From assembly GCF_004010195.1 (NCBI RefSeq), contig NC_057718.1, positions 17,872,102 through 17,936,101 on the forward strand: a DNA stretch of 64,000 nucleotides, read 5' to 3'. This stretch comes from Chiloscyllium plagiosum. Taxonomy: Eukaryota. A program made the translations under genes and the position numbers. Of the stretch, positions 12,111-25,201 are shown piece by piece (the stretch's first letter is position 1; the number at the start of each line of letters is the position of its first letter). The notes beneath the pieces are model-generated. The model worked only from the letters and a program-made list of their open reading frames with translations, did no database searches and was not told the DNA's origin.

Positions 12111-14529
12111 CCAACTTATCTAACTCTATCCTTTGTGTCCAACACCATTATCCAGCCTCCCCTTAAACCTAGCCGCACTAATAATTTCAACTTGTGGGGG
12201 CAAATTCTACATTTCGATTACTCTGTGAGTACAAAGTTCTCTCTGAATTTTTAAATAATATGTATCTGCTGCCCAGTTTTGGCCCCTACACACTTCAAAA
12301 GCATACAGCTGGATTTTACACTCCAGTGGGTTTAAAGTTGGAGAGGGAGAGTTTATAAAATCCTGTAGGAGATCTTCATGCCTGGCCCCAACCTGTGTGA
12401 AATCTTTGGAGGGATGATATTTTCATAGGAGGTCTGTCCACCCTTGCACCTATTGAAGCTTTTAAACAGTCAATCAATGGTGGTGGGGGTGCATGGCACT
12501 CCATAACATCCAGCTCATCAATTCAATTCTGTTTTTCAGTATCAAACTGCTGGATCAATGTTGAACACTTAGCGAGATTTCATCAAAGTTAAAATACGTC
12601 AAAACATTGCATGAAAAATTTGATGTGCCCCATTAATAAGCTGTTATGCATAGTGAGGGATAATGAAATTGCTGCTTGTTGTTGTTATTAAATTATGAAT
12701 TATAGATGGCTGCAGATTTATGACTTTTCTGGTTGAAGTACATGATGAGAATCACATCCCAGAAATGCTGGTGGAATCACCTCGTGACTTTATCATTACC
12801 TTGAGGTAAAAATAAACTCAGTTTATCACAAAAATAAATGTGGCCACAAAGTCTCATAAATTAAAGCACAATGATCACTTTCTTTCCTCTAACCCTCCGA
12901 TGTATTTTCTTTATTTGAAATACAGGAAATAATCTGTTTATCACAAGAATGTGTACCTACTCATTGTAGATGCATACCACATTCCAAAGCAATGAGTCCT
13001 TCTTATCCAAATTGGCTGCGCTGTATCTTAATCTTACAGTTCTGAGACATTTCCAATAAAGTGGAAAATTAACATTTTGGGGGAAAACTAACCTACCCTA
13101 GTGGCCGAAACTGGATCAGACCATCTGTTCTCCTTCAGCAGAGAGAACAAACCATTTCTACTCTTTAGTTCTAATCCTGTGAACTCTCTGACATGCTGCA
13201 TCTTAGCCCAAAGTGACTGCATAAAATACATTGTAAGACTTCAAGACCATGAGTGAGGATGCAATTTTTTTCTCTCTTCCGAAAGGATCATGCAAATGGA
13301 TTCAATCACACAGCTGTCAGATGCACATGCCCTCTAGTGACAAAAATGGAACAAAGAGAGGATGTGTTGTTGATTAGTGACATGAAACTGCTAAATAACC
13401 AAGAAAACCACCGGGGCTAATAAAAGACTTAAGACTCACTGGAATTTAACAAGTTGACGCCACAGTGAAGTTTTTAATCTTGGCGGGTGTCTGAAACCGG
13501 CAGGAAAGTAATACATTAGCAGTGCGAATAAACTGACACTCGGAGCTTTGCCGTCTACAAAGCAGACAAGGCTGCATATTTCAATATGTTCAACTGGAAA
13601 TGAATTGTGTCTGGGCAGACACATTATAAGATGGGTACTGCATGAGAATGGAAGTCTAATAGCTTCTTGTATTACTAAGGGCAGAGGTGACTGCAATACA
13701 CTTGTGAAGATGCACTGGAATTAAGCCTGGCTGATAAACACCTTCATTATTTTATTCTTCACTGCTTCACACATTATACTGTCACTGAATTCCCGAGCAA
13801 TGATATTCTGTATGTTGAGTGTTGGGTAGTGGAACAAGAATTGATTGCCTTTTTAAAAGAAAGCTCTTTAAATTGCTTTGGTTTTTAGCAAAAAAAGAAG
13901 TAAAGACATCTTACTATTTGTTCTTCCCTTCTGTTCATGAGTTGTTTCTGAAACTTTTAATAACTTTGACCCAAGCAAAACTTGCACTTTTTCGATCGCT
14001 GCTCCGGGAATTAGTGTGCAAAGTGGTCGTGTCCACTACAATCATCTTACGATGGCTTGGATAGATTCACTGTTAACAACCTTCATTGGCATTAGTCAAA
14101 ATTACTGATACCAAGTGGGGAAGGATATCCATCTTTGACAGAAGACAGGCTCAGTATTGTTGACCAGGATAAGTTTATTACATAATACTTATAGCTAATT
14201 TTATTACATCTGAGTTACATGATAGTCTCTTATGAAACCTCCGGCTAGCCAAAATATCCCTGTTACGAACACAGAAGTTAGTAGTTAGAAACTAGAACTA
14301 GAAAGGTACAATGAGATTTACAAAATTTAATAGAGATGCCTAATATTGATGAGATGGATATAAATTGTGGCTCTTAATGCCTGCAAACATTCATGTCCTG
14401 TCAGAGGAACTAAATATCTGAAAGGTAGCTAAAATTATTCAGACAGTATACCATCCTCATATTTAATTCACTCTCCTCTAATAAAGAAACTCAAGAGGGA
14501 CTGTACCCAAGAGGATAACTTCTGTTCAT

Positions 14530-15039
14530 TTGTGATTTATGAGAAAATTTGTAGCTCAGGTTCAGATTCAGGTTGTAATATTGCTCACTGAGCTGATAGG
14601 TTTGTTCTCAGACATTTTGTCACCATGCTCATCAGTGAGCCTCAGGTGAAGTGCTTGTGTTCTGTTCTACTTTCCATCTATGTGTCTTGGTCTGTTAATG
14701 TGGGTGATATCATTTCCAGTTCTTTCTCTCAGAGGTTGGTAAATGGGGTCTAAATTGATGTGTTTACTGCTGAAGTTCCAGGTTGAATGCCAAGCCCATA
14801 GGAATTCCCGTGAGTGTGACTGTTTTGCCTTTGCTAGGATGGATGTGTTGTCCCAGTTGAACTGGTGTCCTTCTTCGTCTGTGTGTAAGGATACTAGTGA
14901 TAGCTAGTCATATCTTTTGGTGGCTAGTTGGTGTTCATGCATCCTGGTGGCTAGTTTTCTGCCTGTCTGTCTGATGTAGTGATCGCTGTCCAATCACTGA
15001 GAACAAACCTACCAGCTCAGTGAGCAAACTTACAACCTG
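14530..15039 (-). mobile_element. 5'-truncated PLE (Poseidon-like) with an inverted terminal arm and a TSD
   Basis: The minus strand encodes HYI.QTGRKLATRMHEHQLATKRYD (GIY-YIG second half). A degenerate hammerhead CACTGATGA...GACAAAATGTCTG lies at about 14609-14637. 14997-15040 is an inverted copy of about 14566-14611. TSD AACTTCT[G/A]TTCAT at 14517-14529 and 15040-15052. Confidence 0.8.
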
Positions 15040-15396
15040 AACTTCTATTCATGTTTTGGTTGTATTTCAATATTCAACTTTAATGGAAAGCAATGTAAGC
15101 TTTGCCATAATATGACTAACTTCATTAAGTCCACACACCAAGTTCCAAGTGACCCATAATGCACAGAGCAGACAGCTTTGACAATTTTACCACACTATGG
15201 CAATGTCATGACACCCTGTGAATAAGTTGCAAATCTGAAGAATGATAGGAAAGCAGGGTTTTTATGAGGTGGTTATGTTTTAAACATTTCTTTTCAATTC
15301 AAGGTAAAATGGAGAATGATACCTCCTACTAGCTTTGCATAGCCAATCATAGAATCATAGAACACCTACAGTGTAGAAACAGGCTATTTGTCCCAA

Positions 15397-16415
15397 GGGA
15401 TAGCATTACAGCTGTGCTGAGGGAAGATATTCCTGGAAATACAGCCAGGGATGTTATTTGGGTGGAACTGAGAAATAAGAAAGGGGTGATCACCTTATTG
15501 GGATTGTATTATAGACCTCCTAATAGTCAGAGGGAAATTGAGAAACAAACTTGTAAGGAGATCTCAGCTATCTGTAAGAATAATAGAGTAGTTATGGTAG
15601 GGGATTTTAACTTTCCAAACTGGAACTGCCGTGGTGTTAAAGGTTCAGGTGGAGAGGAATTTGTTAAGTGTGTACAAGAAAATTTTCTGATTCATTATGT
15701 GGATGTACCGACCAGAGAAGGTGCAAAACTTGACCTACTCTTGGGAAATAAAGCAAGGCAGGTGACTGAGGTGCCACTGGGGGAACATTTTGGGGCCAGT
15801 GACCATAATTCTATTAGATTTAAAATAGTGATGGAAAAGGATAGAGCAGATCTAAAAGTTGAAGTTCTAAATTGGAGTTTGGTCAATTTTGACCATATTA
15901 AGCAAGAACTTTCAAAAACTGATTGGGGGCAGATGTTCGCAGGTAAAGGGATGGCTAGAAAATGGGAAGCCTTCAGAAATGAGATAACAAGAATCCAGAG
16001 AAAATATAGTCCAGTTAGGGTGAGAGGAAAGGCTGGTAGGTATAGGGGATGCTGGATGACTAAAGAAATTGAGGGTTTGATTAAGAAAAAGAAGGAAGCA
16101 TATGTAAGGTATAGACAGGAGAGATCGAGTGAATCCTTAGAAGAGTATAAAGGAAGTAGGAGTATACTTAAGAAGGAAATCAGGAGGGGAAAAGGGGGAC
16201 ATGAGATAGCTTTGGCAAAAGTAATTAAGGAGAATCCAAAGAGTTTTTACATTAAGGACAAAAGGGTACCAAGGGAGAGAATAGGGCCCCTCAAAGATCA
16301 GCAAGGTGGCCTTTGTGTGGAGCCGCAGAAAATGGGGGAGATACTAATTGAGTATTTTGCATCAATATTTACAATGGAAAAGGATATGGAAGATATAGAC
16401 TGTAGGGAAATAGAT
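15397..16415 (+). mobile_element. CR1 LINE ORF2 fragment (AP-endonuclease C-terminal half plus linker); open frame 15414-16418
   Basis: YYRPP, VGDFNFP, PTREGAKLDLLL, GASDHN and ENPKSF motifs; homologous to 50980-51980. Confidence 0.95.
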
Positions 16416-16545
16416 TAGATTAGATTAGATTACTTACAGTGTGGAAACAGGCCCTTCGGCCCAACAAGTCCACACCGCCCCGCCGAAGCGCAACCCACCC
16501 ATACCCCTACATGTACCCCTTACCTAACACTGCGCAATTTAGCAT
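16416..16545 (-). mobile_element. HE1-like SINE 3' fragment
   Basis: (TTAGA)n tail followed by ACAGTGTGGAAACAGGCCCTTCGGCCCAACAAG; antisense match to 48090-48206. Confidence 0.9.
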
Positions 16546-17807
16546 CTTAGGACCATATTTTACAAATACTGTTAAATAATTCACCTGTGGCAAGTCTCTC
16601 CCATTCATTAAATGTCATTCAATCACCATTTACTCAAACTGCTCCTTTCACTGCTATTTTTGTAAGTTAAGGAAGCTATTAACTAACAAACTAAACATCA
16701 TTTTGAAGCTCTTGACATAATGCATGATTTGAATAGTTTTTGACAGGTTTATTTTTCTAGAGCTCTGCTTTTGAATATTTTGATGCATCATATAATATTG
16801 TCCTGGAGACATGTAAAAACACTGTCAAGAGTCTAATGCAATGTGATTTTAAACCTCACCTCCAAACCAATGTAACAGCTATCCAGTTGAAAGTACATGA
16901 TCTGATCACTATTTCCATCAAATTAATGGTTTCCCATCACTTTTAAGTTCTTTCTCTCTACACTGGTCTTCATAATAATCCCATCCACTTCATATCCAAA
17001 TTTATCCACACATAAGACTATAACTCATTCTCACCTCACTTTCTTTTCAGAGCTTACTTTCCCATGTAACCTTACTTTTTAAGTCCTTTCTGATATTTCA
17101 GTTTCCCCTTAGATAATGTGTCACAAGCCTCATAGTTTATACTGTTTATTCAAATTAGCATTTAAATCTTAATCTTTTCTGTGATCTTCAGTAGGATAAT
17201 GCAAATCTTGTTCATTTTTATACATCAAAATACAACTTCACTGTACTGCTTCCAAAGCAAAATAACAATCAGCCCACCTTACTATGACAGTTCAGCGTTT
17301 ATACGTCAAAAAATATTAAGTATTAATGTCGGTTCTGAACTTAATTAAAGTTTCTACTTTCCTTCCACTGCTGTAAATGTTTTAAACCAAGGATACGTTC
17401 TCAGTTCAGCAACTCTCAACTTTCTATAAAGTTCAATTTTGACAAATGTTGAAGAAAATTACTGTGTGACTGTATGTTGGAGGGCCCAGCAATGAGAATA
17501 TGGGCTCTTATATGAAGGGCTTAGTACTCACCAGCATTGGGGCATAGCGTGGCAAGCATGGGTCATTCAATAAGTATTTTACATATCTAGGTTGTAGTCA
17601 GGATGATGGTAGAAGTGCACTAACAGATGCCATGGTGAACGGTGCTGCATTGGGAAGGTTTTGGTAACTATTACACATCCATCAAGAACTGAAACTGTGC
17701 TTGCCAAAGAATAAAGAACAGCACAGCACAGGGACAGGCTCTTCAGCCCCACCAAGTCTGTCTTCAGTTTCCTAAACCTTATATATGCCTCCTGTCTCTT
17801 TTTGACT

Positions 17808-18162
17808 AAGCAGGCTGGGGCTGTTTTCCCTGGAGCATCGAAGGCTGAGGGGTGACCTTATAGAGGTTTACAAAATTATGAGGGGCATGGATAGGGTAAA
17901 TAGACAAAGTCTTTTCCCTGGGGTCGGGGAGTCCAGAACTAGAGGGCATAAGTTTAGGGTGAGAGGGGAAAGATATAAAAGAGACCTAAGGGGCAACGTT
18001 TTCACACAGAGGCATTTGGATAGGTATATGAATAGGAAGGGTTTGGAGGGATATGGGCCGGATGCTGGCAGGTGGGACTAGATTGGGCTGGGATATCTGG
18101 TCGGCATGGACTGGTTGGGCTGAAGGGTCTGTTTCCATGCTGTACATCTCTATGACTCTATG
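17808..18162 (+). mobile_element. CR1 3' end
   Basis: LFSLEHRRLRGDLIEVYKIMRG...RTRGH, with a 3' UTR ending (CTATGACT)n. Confidence 0.95.
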
Positions 18163-18239
18163 AACCAGTCTACACTGACCCTCCAAAGAGTAACACACAT
18201 CCAGACCTATTTCCCTACTCTGTTACTCTACATTTACCC

Positions 18240-18932
18240 CTGAACTGGTTACCCTGCAAACCAGGGACAATAGGTCAAAACTTACTGAAACTCAAGTATC
18301 GGGTTTAAGCCCTGAACACAAAGGGAGAACCAGCTGCCCTTGATATTGCAGATATATTAGCTTAGATTCATTGGGCAGAAAGACAGGAACAAAAAAGAGT
18401 CCAAACAGCAAGTGAAAAGACTGTGCTCTGCTATCAACCAGGCAGAATTCCGATGGGATCATACTCTCTGGTTAAAGAGATGGAACCTGTTGAACTTTAA
18501 GGACACTGGAAGGTTCATTCCCATGTGACTGGGAGGAGGTGTTTTTGGAGTAAGTCTTGCAGCTGGAAATCAGTTTGGGGATTCTCAGAAGTCTGAGGGA
18601 AACAACTTTTGAGGGACTCTTGAGATATAACTCAGCCAAGTGGGAAGATGTGAACGTGTTGGAAACTGGGAGCAGTATTGAAATGGTTTCCGTAGGGACT
18701 ACAGTTCTCTGGAGAACAATTTATAAAACGTGGCTTTGAGATTTCTGGTCACGTTAAGTAGCTAAGGGGAAATAAATAATCTACATATTAGTAGCTGCCT
18801 AATTAATGTTAAGTCGATGTTATTTTGGTTTGATTGGCTTAAGACATGAAATCTTGATGCGTGGTCCTTTGAATGGATCACTGGGTGTTCAAATCTCTTT
18901 CTGAAAGTCAGCAGTATATATAGGGTTGTAAC
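18240..18932 (+). mobile_element. Probable partial Gypsy-type LTR
   Basis: Ends GGGTTGTAACA after a U5-like AT-rich block. No TSD visible. Confidence 0.4.
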
Positions 18933-19504
18933 AATATGTAGTATGGGGATTGAACTTTGAGACAGATGCCAGATTGTTTCCCTTACCTGAAAAACTACTT
19001 GGCACTATGACCTCTAAGAATATTCTTTGTGAAAAAGAAAGTGATAATTCAGATTAAGGTGGAAGAAAGGAAAATCACTCTGATGTGGTGGGTAAAATGG
19101 CCCAAGATGTCCAAAGCATTATTACCAAACGTCTACTCAAACTAAATGTATAAGAAAGACTTGGTTAAAGAGGGTAGGTTTCAAAAATGTTCTTAAATGA
19201 AGCAAGGTAGGAAGGGGAAAAAGAAGTGCAGCAATTAGACCATAGCATCGCTCTAACTTCATGAGGTAGCTTTTTAGAGAGGATTGATATACACTGGAAT
19301 TTCAGGAGTGTTTTGGGTCATGAAAGCAGCATTTGATTTGAATGTATTAGAATGCTTGGAATGTGCAATGTAACATTTATCAGCCAATCTATTGCAAGGT
19401 CATAATGTGACCACCATAGATGAGCAGGCCTGTTATGATAACACCAAATTCATGGCTGGCTTTGATTTTCCTCTCACTGGGAAGGGAAGGTTTAAAAATA
19501 AAGA

Positions 19505-19603
19505 CACAAATAGAAATGACTGGAATACCTCAGCAGCTCCAGCAACATCCGTGTAGAGAAATCAGAGTTAATGTTTTGGGTCGAGTGACCCTTCCTCAGA
19601 ATT
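19505..19603 (-). mobile_element. Older PLE 3'-repeat family copy with a hammerhead variant
   Basis: The minus strand reads TT CTGAGGA A GGGTC ACTC GACCC AAAA CA TT AA: the same core with a different 5-bp stem II and two substitutions of CpG-decay type. Confidence 0.75.
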
Positions 19604-20059
19604 TAAAATTTAACTTTGCTGATAGCCTTGCCTGACATTTTACCTGCCAGTTGCTGGTGTTCCTTTAAATTTGGATCTGGTTCAGTTTTCATGGAACATA
19701 CTTATGCAGTGAGGTAGGAATAACATAGTGTACTATGCTGTGTTCCTGAACTCACTGAAAAGATGCTGGAAACATCATAGCAACATTTGAAATGCAGATT
19801 TTTATTTGTGCATTATCTTCACAAAAATAAATTGTTCTTTCACTTTATCCAGTACTTCAACAGTTACCATGACACACTGCCTTATTGTAAACTTGCAGCA
19901 AATAATTACTGGTGTATTATGTTTATGGAGCCGTGTTTGCTCATGAGGTAAATCATATATTTAGTTGCTCAGGCATCCTGCGAAGCCTCAGAGATTGAAG
20001 ATTTTTCATGTAAACATGATGGATCTCCAAAGCTGGTATTTAGGAGTTTTATGTTGAAA

Positions 20060-20222
20060 TGTCACTACAAGACCATAAGACAATGAAACACAGGAGGAGA
20101 AGTAGGTCATTCAGTCCATTGAGTCTGTCCCACCATTCAATGAGGTTATGGCTGACAGCATGTCTTGCTTTTCCCTATAACCCTTGATTCTCTTAATAAT
20201 TATAAACTTGTCAGTCTTAGCG
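20060..20222 (-). mobile_element. CR1-type 3' UTR fragment
   Basis: CCATAAGAC...GGAGAAGTAGG...CCACCATTCAAT is an antisense match to 11330-11443. Confidence 0.7.
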
Positions 20223-20557
20223 TTATAGCAAAGTCTAAGAGGTAGGTTTTTCAAAGGTGTCCTCATCAATTTTAATCGGGATGTTGGGTTTCCATGGAAG
20301 TAAAGCAATGAGATGTCCAAAACTGAATAGAGACACCTAATGACAAGAGGTAAGATGGATATAAATGAAGGCATCATGGCTCTTAATATCCAGGTTGTTC
20401 TTCAGATGCCCTATCAGAGGATTAAAGGGGTTTGCAAGAAATGGCATCTATGGCTGTTTTTACTCACTGACAATAATGCTCAGGAGACTCTGCACTTCTA
20501 CCACTGGAGAAACTTTGTAGAGTATTTTATGAACAGTGGCCTGACATTTAAGAATAT

Positions 20558-20854
20558 GAGGGTCGAGAGTGTGACGCTGGAAAAGCACAGCAGGTCAGGC
20601 AGCATCCGGGGAGCAGGAGAATTGACATTTCGGGCATAAGCCCTTCATCAGGAATTGAGAGGAGGAGAACTTCTTCAAGGTAGGCATCCTTGGAAGATGC
20701 TTCGCAGTGGGGTTGAAATCAACTAGGAGAAAGTGAGGACCGCAGATGCTGGAGATCAGAGTCGAGAGTGTGGTGCAGGAAAAGCACAGCAGGTCAGGCA
20801 GTATCTGAGGAGCAGGGCATAAGCCCTTCACCAGTAATGTTCTTCCTTTCTCCT
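20558..20854 (-). mobile_element. Mini-PLE insertion with two head-to-tail hammerhead units and a 12-bp TSD
   Basis: Hammerheads at 20620-20656 and (partly deleted) about 20815-20836. Right end CTTTCTCCT. TSD ATTTAAGAATAT at 20546-20557 and 20855-20866. Confidence 0.9.
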
Positions 20855-20889
20855 ATTTAAGAATATCAGAAAAATCTCCTCAACATATT

Positions 20890-21955
20890 TGTAAAGTAAG
20901 ATTCCAGACAAAGAATGTGTGCTTTGGGAGAAAACAAAACCCCTTTCTTGTCACTTGATCTTCCAGAAAATCACGAATGAAATGTCCAGAAGTCATGAAG
21001 AGATCCTAAACAAGTTATTTGTTTAAAGTGGACTCTTGCCAGGTTCTAAAATGCTGCTTTAGAACATGGAAAGAACAGCTGGCTGCTTCTTGGAGTTTCC
21101 TGCAATCACGAGGAGAAAATCAACTCAATGTTTCCTAGAATATGACAATTCCTGTGTTGCATTAATATTCTAGCCAAGCCAACACAAAGGACTCATACAT
21201 GGGATGTCTACCTCAGCCTGTTCTGAACAAAGAAGACCATCTAAACTCATTGTTGCTTGACCTTTTGCAAATATCTCCATAGTTATCTGCTACAAAATGT
21301 AACAGTTTCTGACTAGGAAATATCAAAGCCAGCTGTCATCTGAGTGTCTCAACCCAAGGCCCTGACACTGAACTGCTTGTTTGATGAAACACATTTGACA
21401 ATACAGCTTTGACTATTGTTCATCAGTCTGCTAGTAACACCAGAAGAGAACACATCATAAGCAGCTCCTGGCTTTGCTAAAGGTCTGCCTTTGATCTTGA
21501 TATGTCTCAAAAGTCTGATATTTGGAAATAAGCCTATGTTTTCACCTGGGATGTGAACAATTCTTCTGATATCTCCGATACCTTCATTCACAAATCAACT
21601 GTGCCTGAGCTCTTACAAAGGAGCACAGCCAACTGAAAGAACCTCAACTGAATGTTGACTCACTGGACTTTGTAATTTATGTGAACTAATTCTGATCTCT
21701 TTGATTTTACGTAATTTATTATTTGTAACTTGTTGCCTTCCTTTTTTATCTACTACCTTCTTGGAAGCATGTACATATGAATGAATGTAGAAAATTATTC
21801 TGCTGGGTTTGAATCCAGTAACAAAGCTTACTTTGTCTTAACCCTAAAGTATTTTGGATCATCTTAAATTGGACTTCAGAAACAAGATTTGGGGGAAATC
21901 TCACCACCATAAAAAGGGAAAGGAAAGTAAGGAATTAAAAGCAACCCGTGTTACA
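20890..21955 (+). mobile_element. Possible solo LTR (about 1.07 kb)
   Basis: TGTAA...GTTACA ends and LTR-like composition. No matching TSD. Confidence 0.3.
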
Positions 21956-23149
21956 AACACTAGAGGAAAGTAGAGATAATTCATTTCACCTCTCTCTTTT
22001 GTCTGTCACACTACTAAATAACTCAAAATCAAACATAAGACATTTAATCACAAGAGGCAAGATTAATTGCATGGGCATTTTTAATGATGTATTGCCTGCA
22101 GGAAGTTGATGGCAGCAATACATCACACCTGAAAAGTTTCTATGTCTTGAAGAGTCGCCAATAATTTTATTAGCATGTGCTGGCATCCATTGACACACAC
22201 CTCCTCAGCTATTACTGGCTGTATCTATAACTATATAGAGGAATGTTGAAGGTTGGGAAGTTGTTGACATTTTTTGCCTTGATACCCCAGGTAGGTGGAC
22301 TATTGAGAAATTATTGACACAGCCCAGAAGTAATTTCCATGGATGGGGAATGGTAGAAAACAGGACGGTTTGCTGCTGCTGTGAGCTGGAGAAGAAGACG
22401 AATGACTTCTTGATGATAATTCTCAGAGAAATTCCATAAATGGCTATATTATATAGCCGCTTATAGCAGTAATCCCACTGGTCAATCCCTGTGGAATTTC
22501 TAGGTGCAGGAGGTTCAGTTGCTAGAATGCATTGAAAAGCTTTTGATTGACTGAATGTGTTAATGTCATCTCTTAAGGGCTGTGATTTGAGAGATTAACT
22601 CCTAGGAAAGGTAAGGAGGGAAAGTAAATGGTGCCTGCTGCTGTCAGCACTAGTTCTCATGACTTACAGATGATGACTGCAGTCAGCTAACCTCAAAGCG
22701 CTGTTGCCTCTGCTACATTACAAGTGTCTCCAGCTGAACATTATTAGGCACTTACATATAACTAGGTCAAGTTTCAGGAGACCAGCTTTCACCAGTGGGA
22801 CCAGGGAACTGGGACTACATAGATACACAGGCTATTCGTTTTTATAGATTCTCAGAGAACAAGTATGTGCACAGTCTCCTTATGCTTGAATTCCTAAATT
22901 ATTTATAGAAATTGTCATAATATTGTAGATTATTAATAGTATTGCATTAATATTGCTGTATACCTCCCTTATTCCAACAGACGTATTGCAGATCTCTTTC
23001 TTCAGTAGTCCATGGTGCCTAAAAGGTTTGAATTTCTTCTTCATTGTAGCTGATAAAGAGAGACCTGATCACTTTCCATCAGATCCACACATTATATAAC
23101 AGTTACATTTGGAGAATGACCTACTGGAGGTGATCGCACACATATAGGG

Positions 23150-23318
23150 AGGTTGTTTTCACTTAGAGCAAAGCCAAAACTTGGAGTCTCAAATATAAGA
23201 TTAATAAATCCACTAAGGAATTCCAAAGAAGCTTCCTTACTCAGAGAATGGTTAGAATGTGGAACTTGCTACCTCAAGAAAAAAATTAAGGTGACCAGCT
23301 CAGATGCATTTAAGAGGA
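23150..23318 (+). mobile_element. Old CR1 3' fragment
   Basis: CTTACTCAGAGAATGGTTAGAATGTGGAAC...GATGCATTTAAG; similar to 8250-8340. Confidence 0.65.
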
Positions 23319-24306
23319 AGTCAAGAGTGTGGTGCTGGAAAAGCACAGCATCCAAGGAGCAGGAGAATTGACGTTTTGGGCATAAGCCCTTCTTCAGGAA
23401 TAAGGCTTGTGGGTTGGGATGGAGAGATAAATGAGAGGGGGTTAGGGTTGGGGGGAGGTAGCTGGGAAAGCGATGGATGAAGGTGAAGGAGAAGATGATA
23501 AGTCAGAGGGGGAGTGATGGACAGGTCCGGAGGGCGGTGCCGAGTTGGAGACTTGGGACTGGGATAATGTAGGGGAAGGGGAAATAAGGAAGCTGTTGAA
23601 ATCCACATTTATCTTGTGTGGTTGCAGGGTCCCAAACGGAATATGAAGCATTCTTCCTCCAGGCATCGGATGGTAATAGTTTGGTGGTGGACGAGGCCCA
23701 GCACCTACATGTCCTTGACGGAGTGGGAGGGGGAGTTGAAGTGTTCAGCCATGGGGTGGTGGGGTTGGTGGGTGCGAGTGTCCCAGAGATGTTCACTGAA
23801 ACGATCCGCAGAGAAGGTGTCCTGTCTCCCCGATGTAGAGGAGACCACACTGGGTGCAATGGATGCAGCAGATGACATTGGTAGAGGTACAGGTGAATAC
23901 CTGACAAATGTGGAAGGATCCTTTGGGTCCTGATACAGAGATGAGGGGAGTGGCATGCGTGCAGGTTTTGCACTTCCTGCAGTGACACGGAAAGGTGCCA
24001 GAAGTGGGGTGGGCGGAGCGGGGTTGGGGGGAGGGGGTGGACCTGACGAGGGCGTCATGGAGGGAATGGTCTTTTCAGAATGCTGATAGGGGTGGGGAGG
24101 GAAATATGTCTCTGGTAGTGGGGTCCGTTTGGAGGTGGTGGAAGTGGTGGAGGATGTTGTGTTGTATGCAGAGGTTGGTGAGGTTGAAGATGAGGATCAG
24201 GGAGGTTCTGTCCGTATTCCGTTGGGAGGCGTGGGGTCCAAGGGTGGTGGTATGTGAGGAGGAGAAGATGCGCTGGAGGGTATCGTCAACCACATGGGAA
24301 GTGAAG
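23319..24306 (-). mobile_element. Neptune-type Penelope-like retroelement, 3' ~1 kb (Cys linker, GIY-YIG endonuclease, 3' repeat with hammerhead), disrupted
   Basis: The minus strand encodes GTFPCHCRKCKTCTH, NVICCIHCTQCGLLYIGETG (23821-23879) and PMAEHFNSPSH. Its 3' end is the mini-element sequence, with a hammerhead at 23367-23401 (G12->A). Confidence 0.92.
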
Positions 24307-24689
24307 CCAAATGATCTACTCACCTTCCTATTTTCTACCTTTCTATTTCCTGGGAAACAGTGGGCTTGGAAACAGGAGAAGTCCCAAGGCACACAAGTGG
24401 GGGCAGGCAGGCAATGCTGAGGCTGTGTCAAAGAGATATCTGACTGGATTGTCCCACAAAGGAGAACCCATGCAGGATTCACTGTGTAGTTCAGGCAGGC
24501 CTTCCCGGCACAGGCAAAGAGCCCACCAAGGATTAAGATGGCTATTAATAGTGCCATCTCTCACCAATCTGCAGGCGGGGTGCGGGCTATTCTCCCATCC
24601 TGTCACTGTCAAAGTGGCATCCTCTTCTGATGTTGCCCTCTACCCTTTTATTAGCAGCTCCACCCCCACTATCATAAAATCCCTGTGGT

Positions 24690-25110
24690 GTCGATCGAGA
24701 CCATTTAGCCCATCAATTCTCTGAAGACCAGCCCACCCACACCCACTGTATCACCCTTCCCTGTAACCTTGCATTTCCCATTGCTAACCAACCTAACCTG
24801 CACATCCCTGGATGCTATGTTGCAATTTTTATGTGTGGAGATTCCATCTTCTCCTTGTGTCTGCATGGGTTTCCTCCAGGTACTCTGGTTTCCTCCCACA
24901 GTCCAGAAAATGTGCAGGTTAGGTGGATTGGCTGTGCTAAATTTCCCATCGTATTCAGGGATGTGTAGGTTAAGTGCATTAGTCAGGGGTAAATGTAGAG
25001 TAATAGGGTAGGGGAATGGGTCTGGGTGGATTACTCTTCAGAGGGTAGGTGTGGTCTTGTCAGCCCAAATGGCCTGTTTCCAACCTGTAGGGATTCTATG
25101 AAGATTCTAT
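24690..25110. mobile_element. Cluster of HE1-like SINE pieces: minus tail at about 24690-24812 and a plus copy at about 24830-25110
   Basis: V-domain at about 24867-24903; tail CTGTAGGGATTCTATG. Confidence 0.85.
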
Positions 25111-25201
25111 GAAGTTCTAATTTAGCATGGCCAATGCACCTAATTTTCACACTGAAAGCAGAGTCACGGGTAGACTGGACAGTGAAGAAGGTGTTTGGTA
25201 T

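Noticed and set aside
15414..16418. 334-aa ORF as a host or domesticated gene
   Set aside because: It is an internal CR1 ORF2 fragment with no ATG start, truncated at both ends and with small in-frame deletions.
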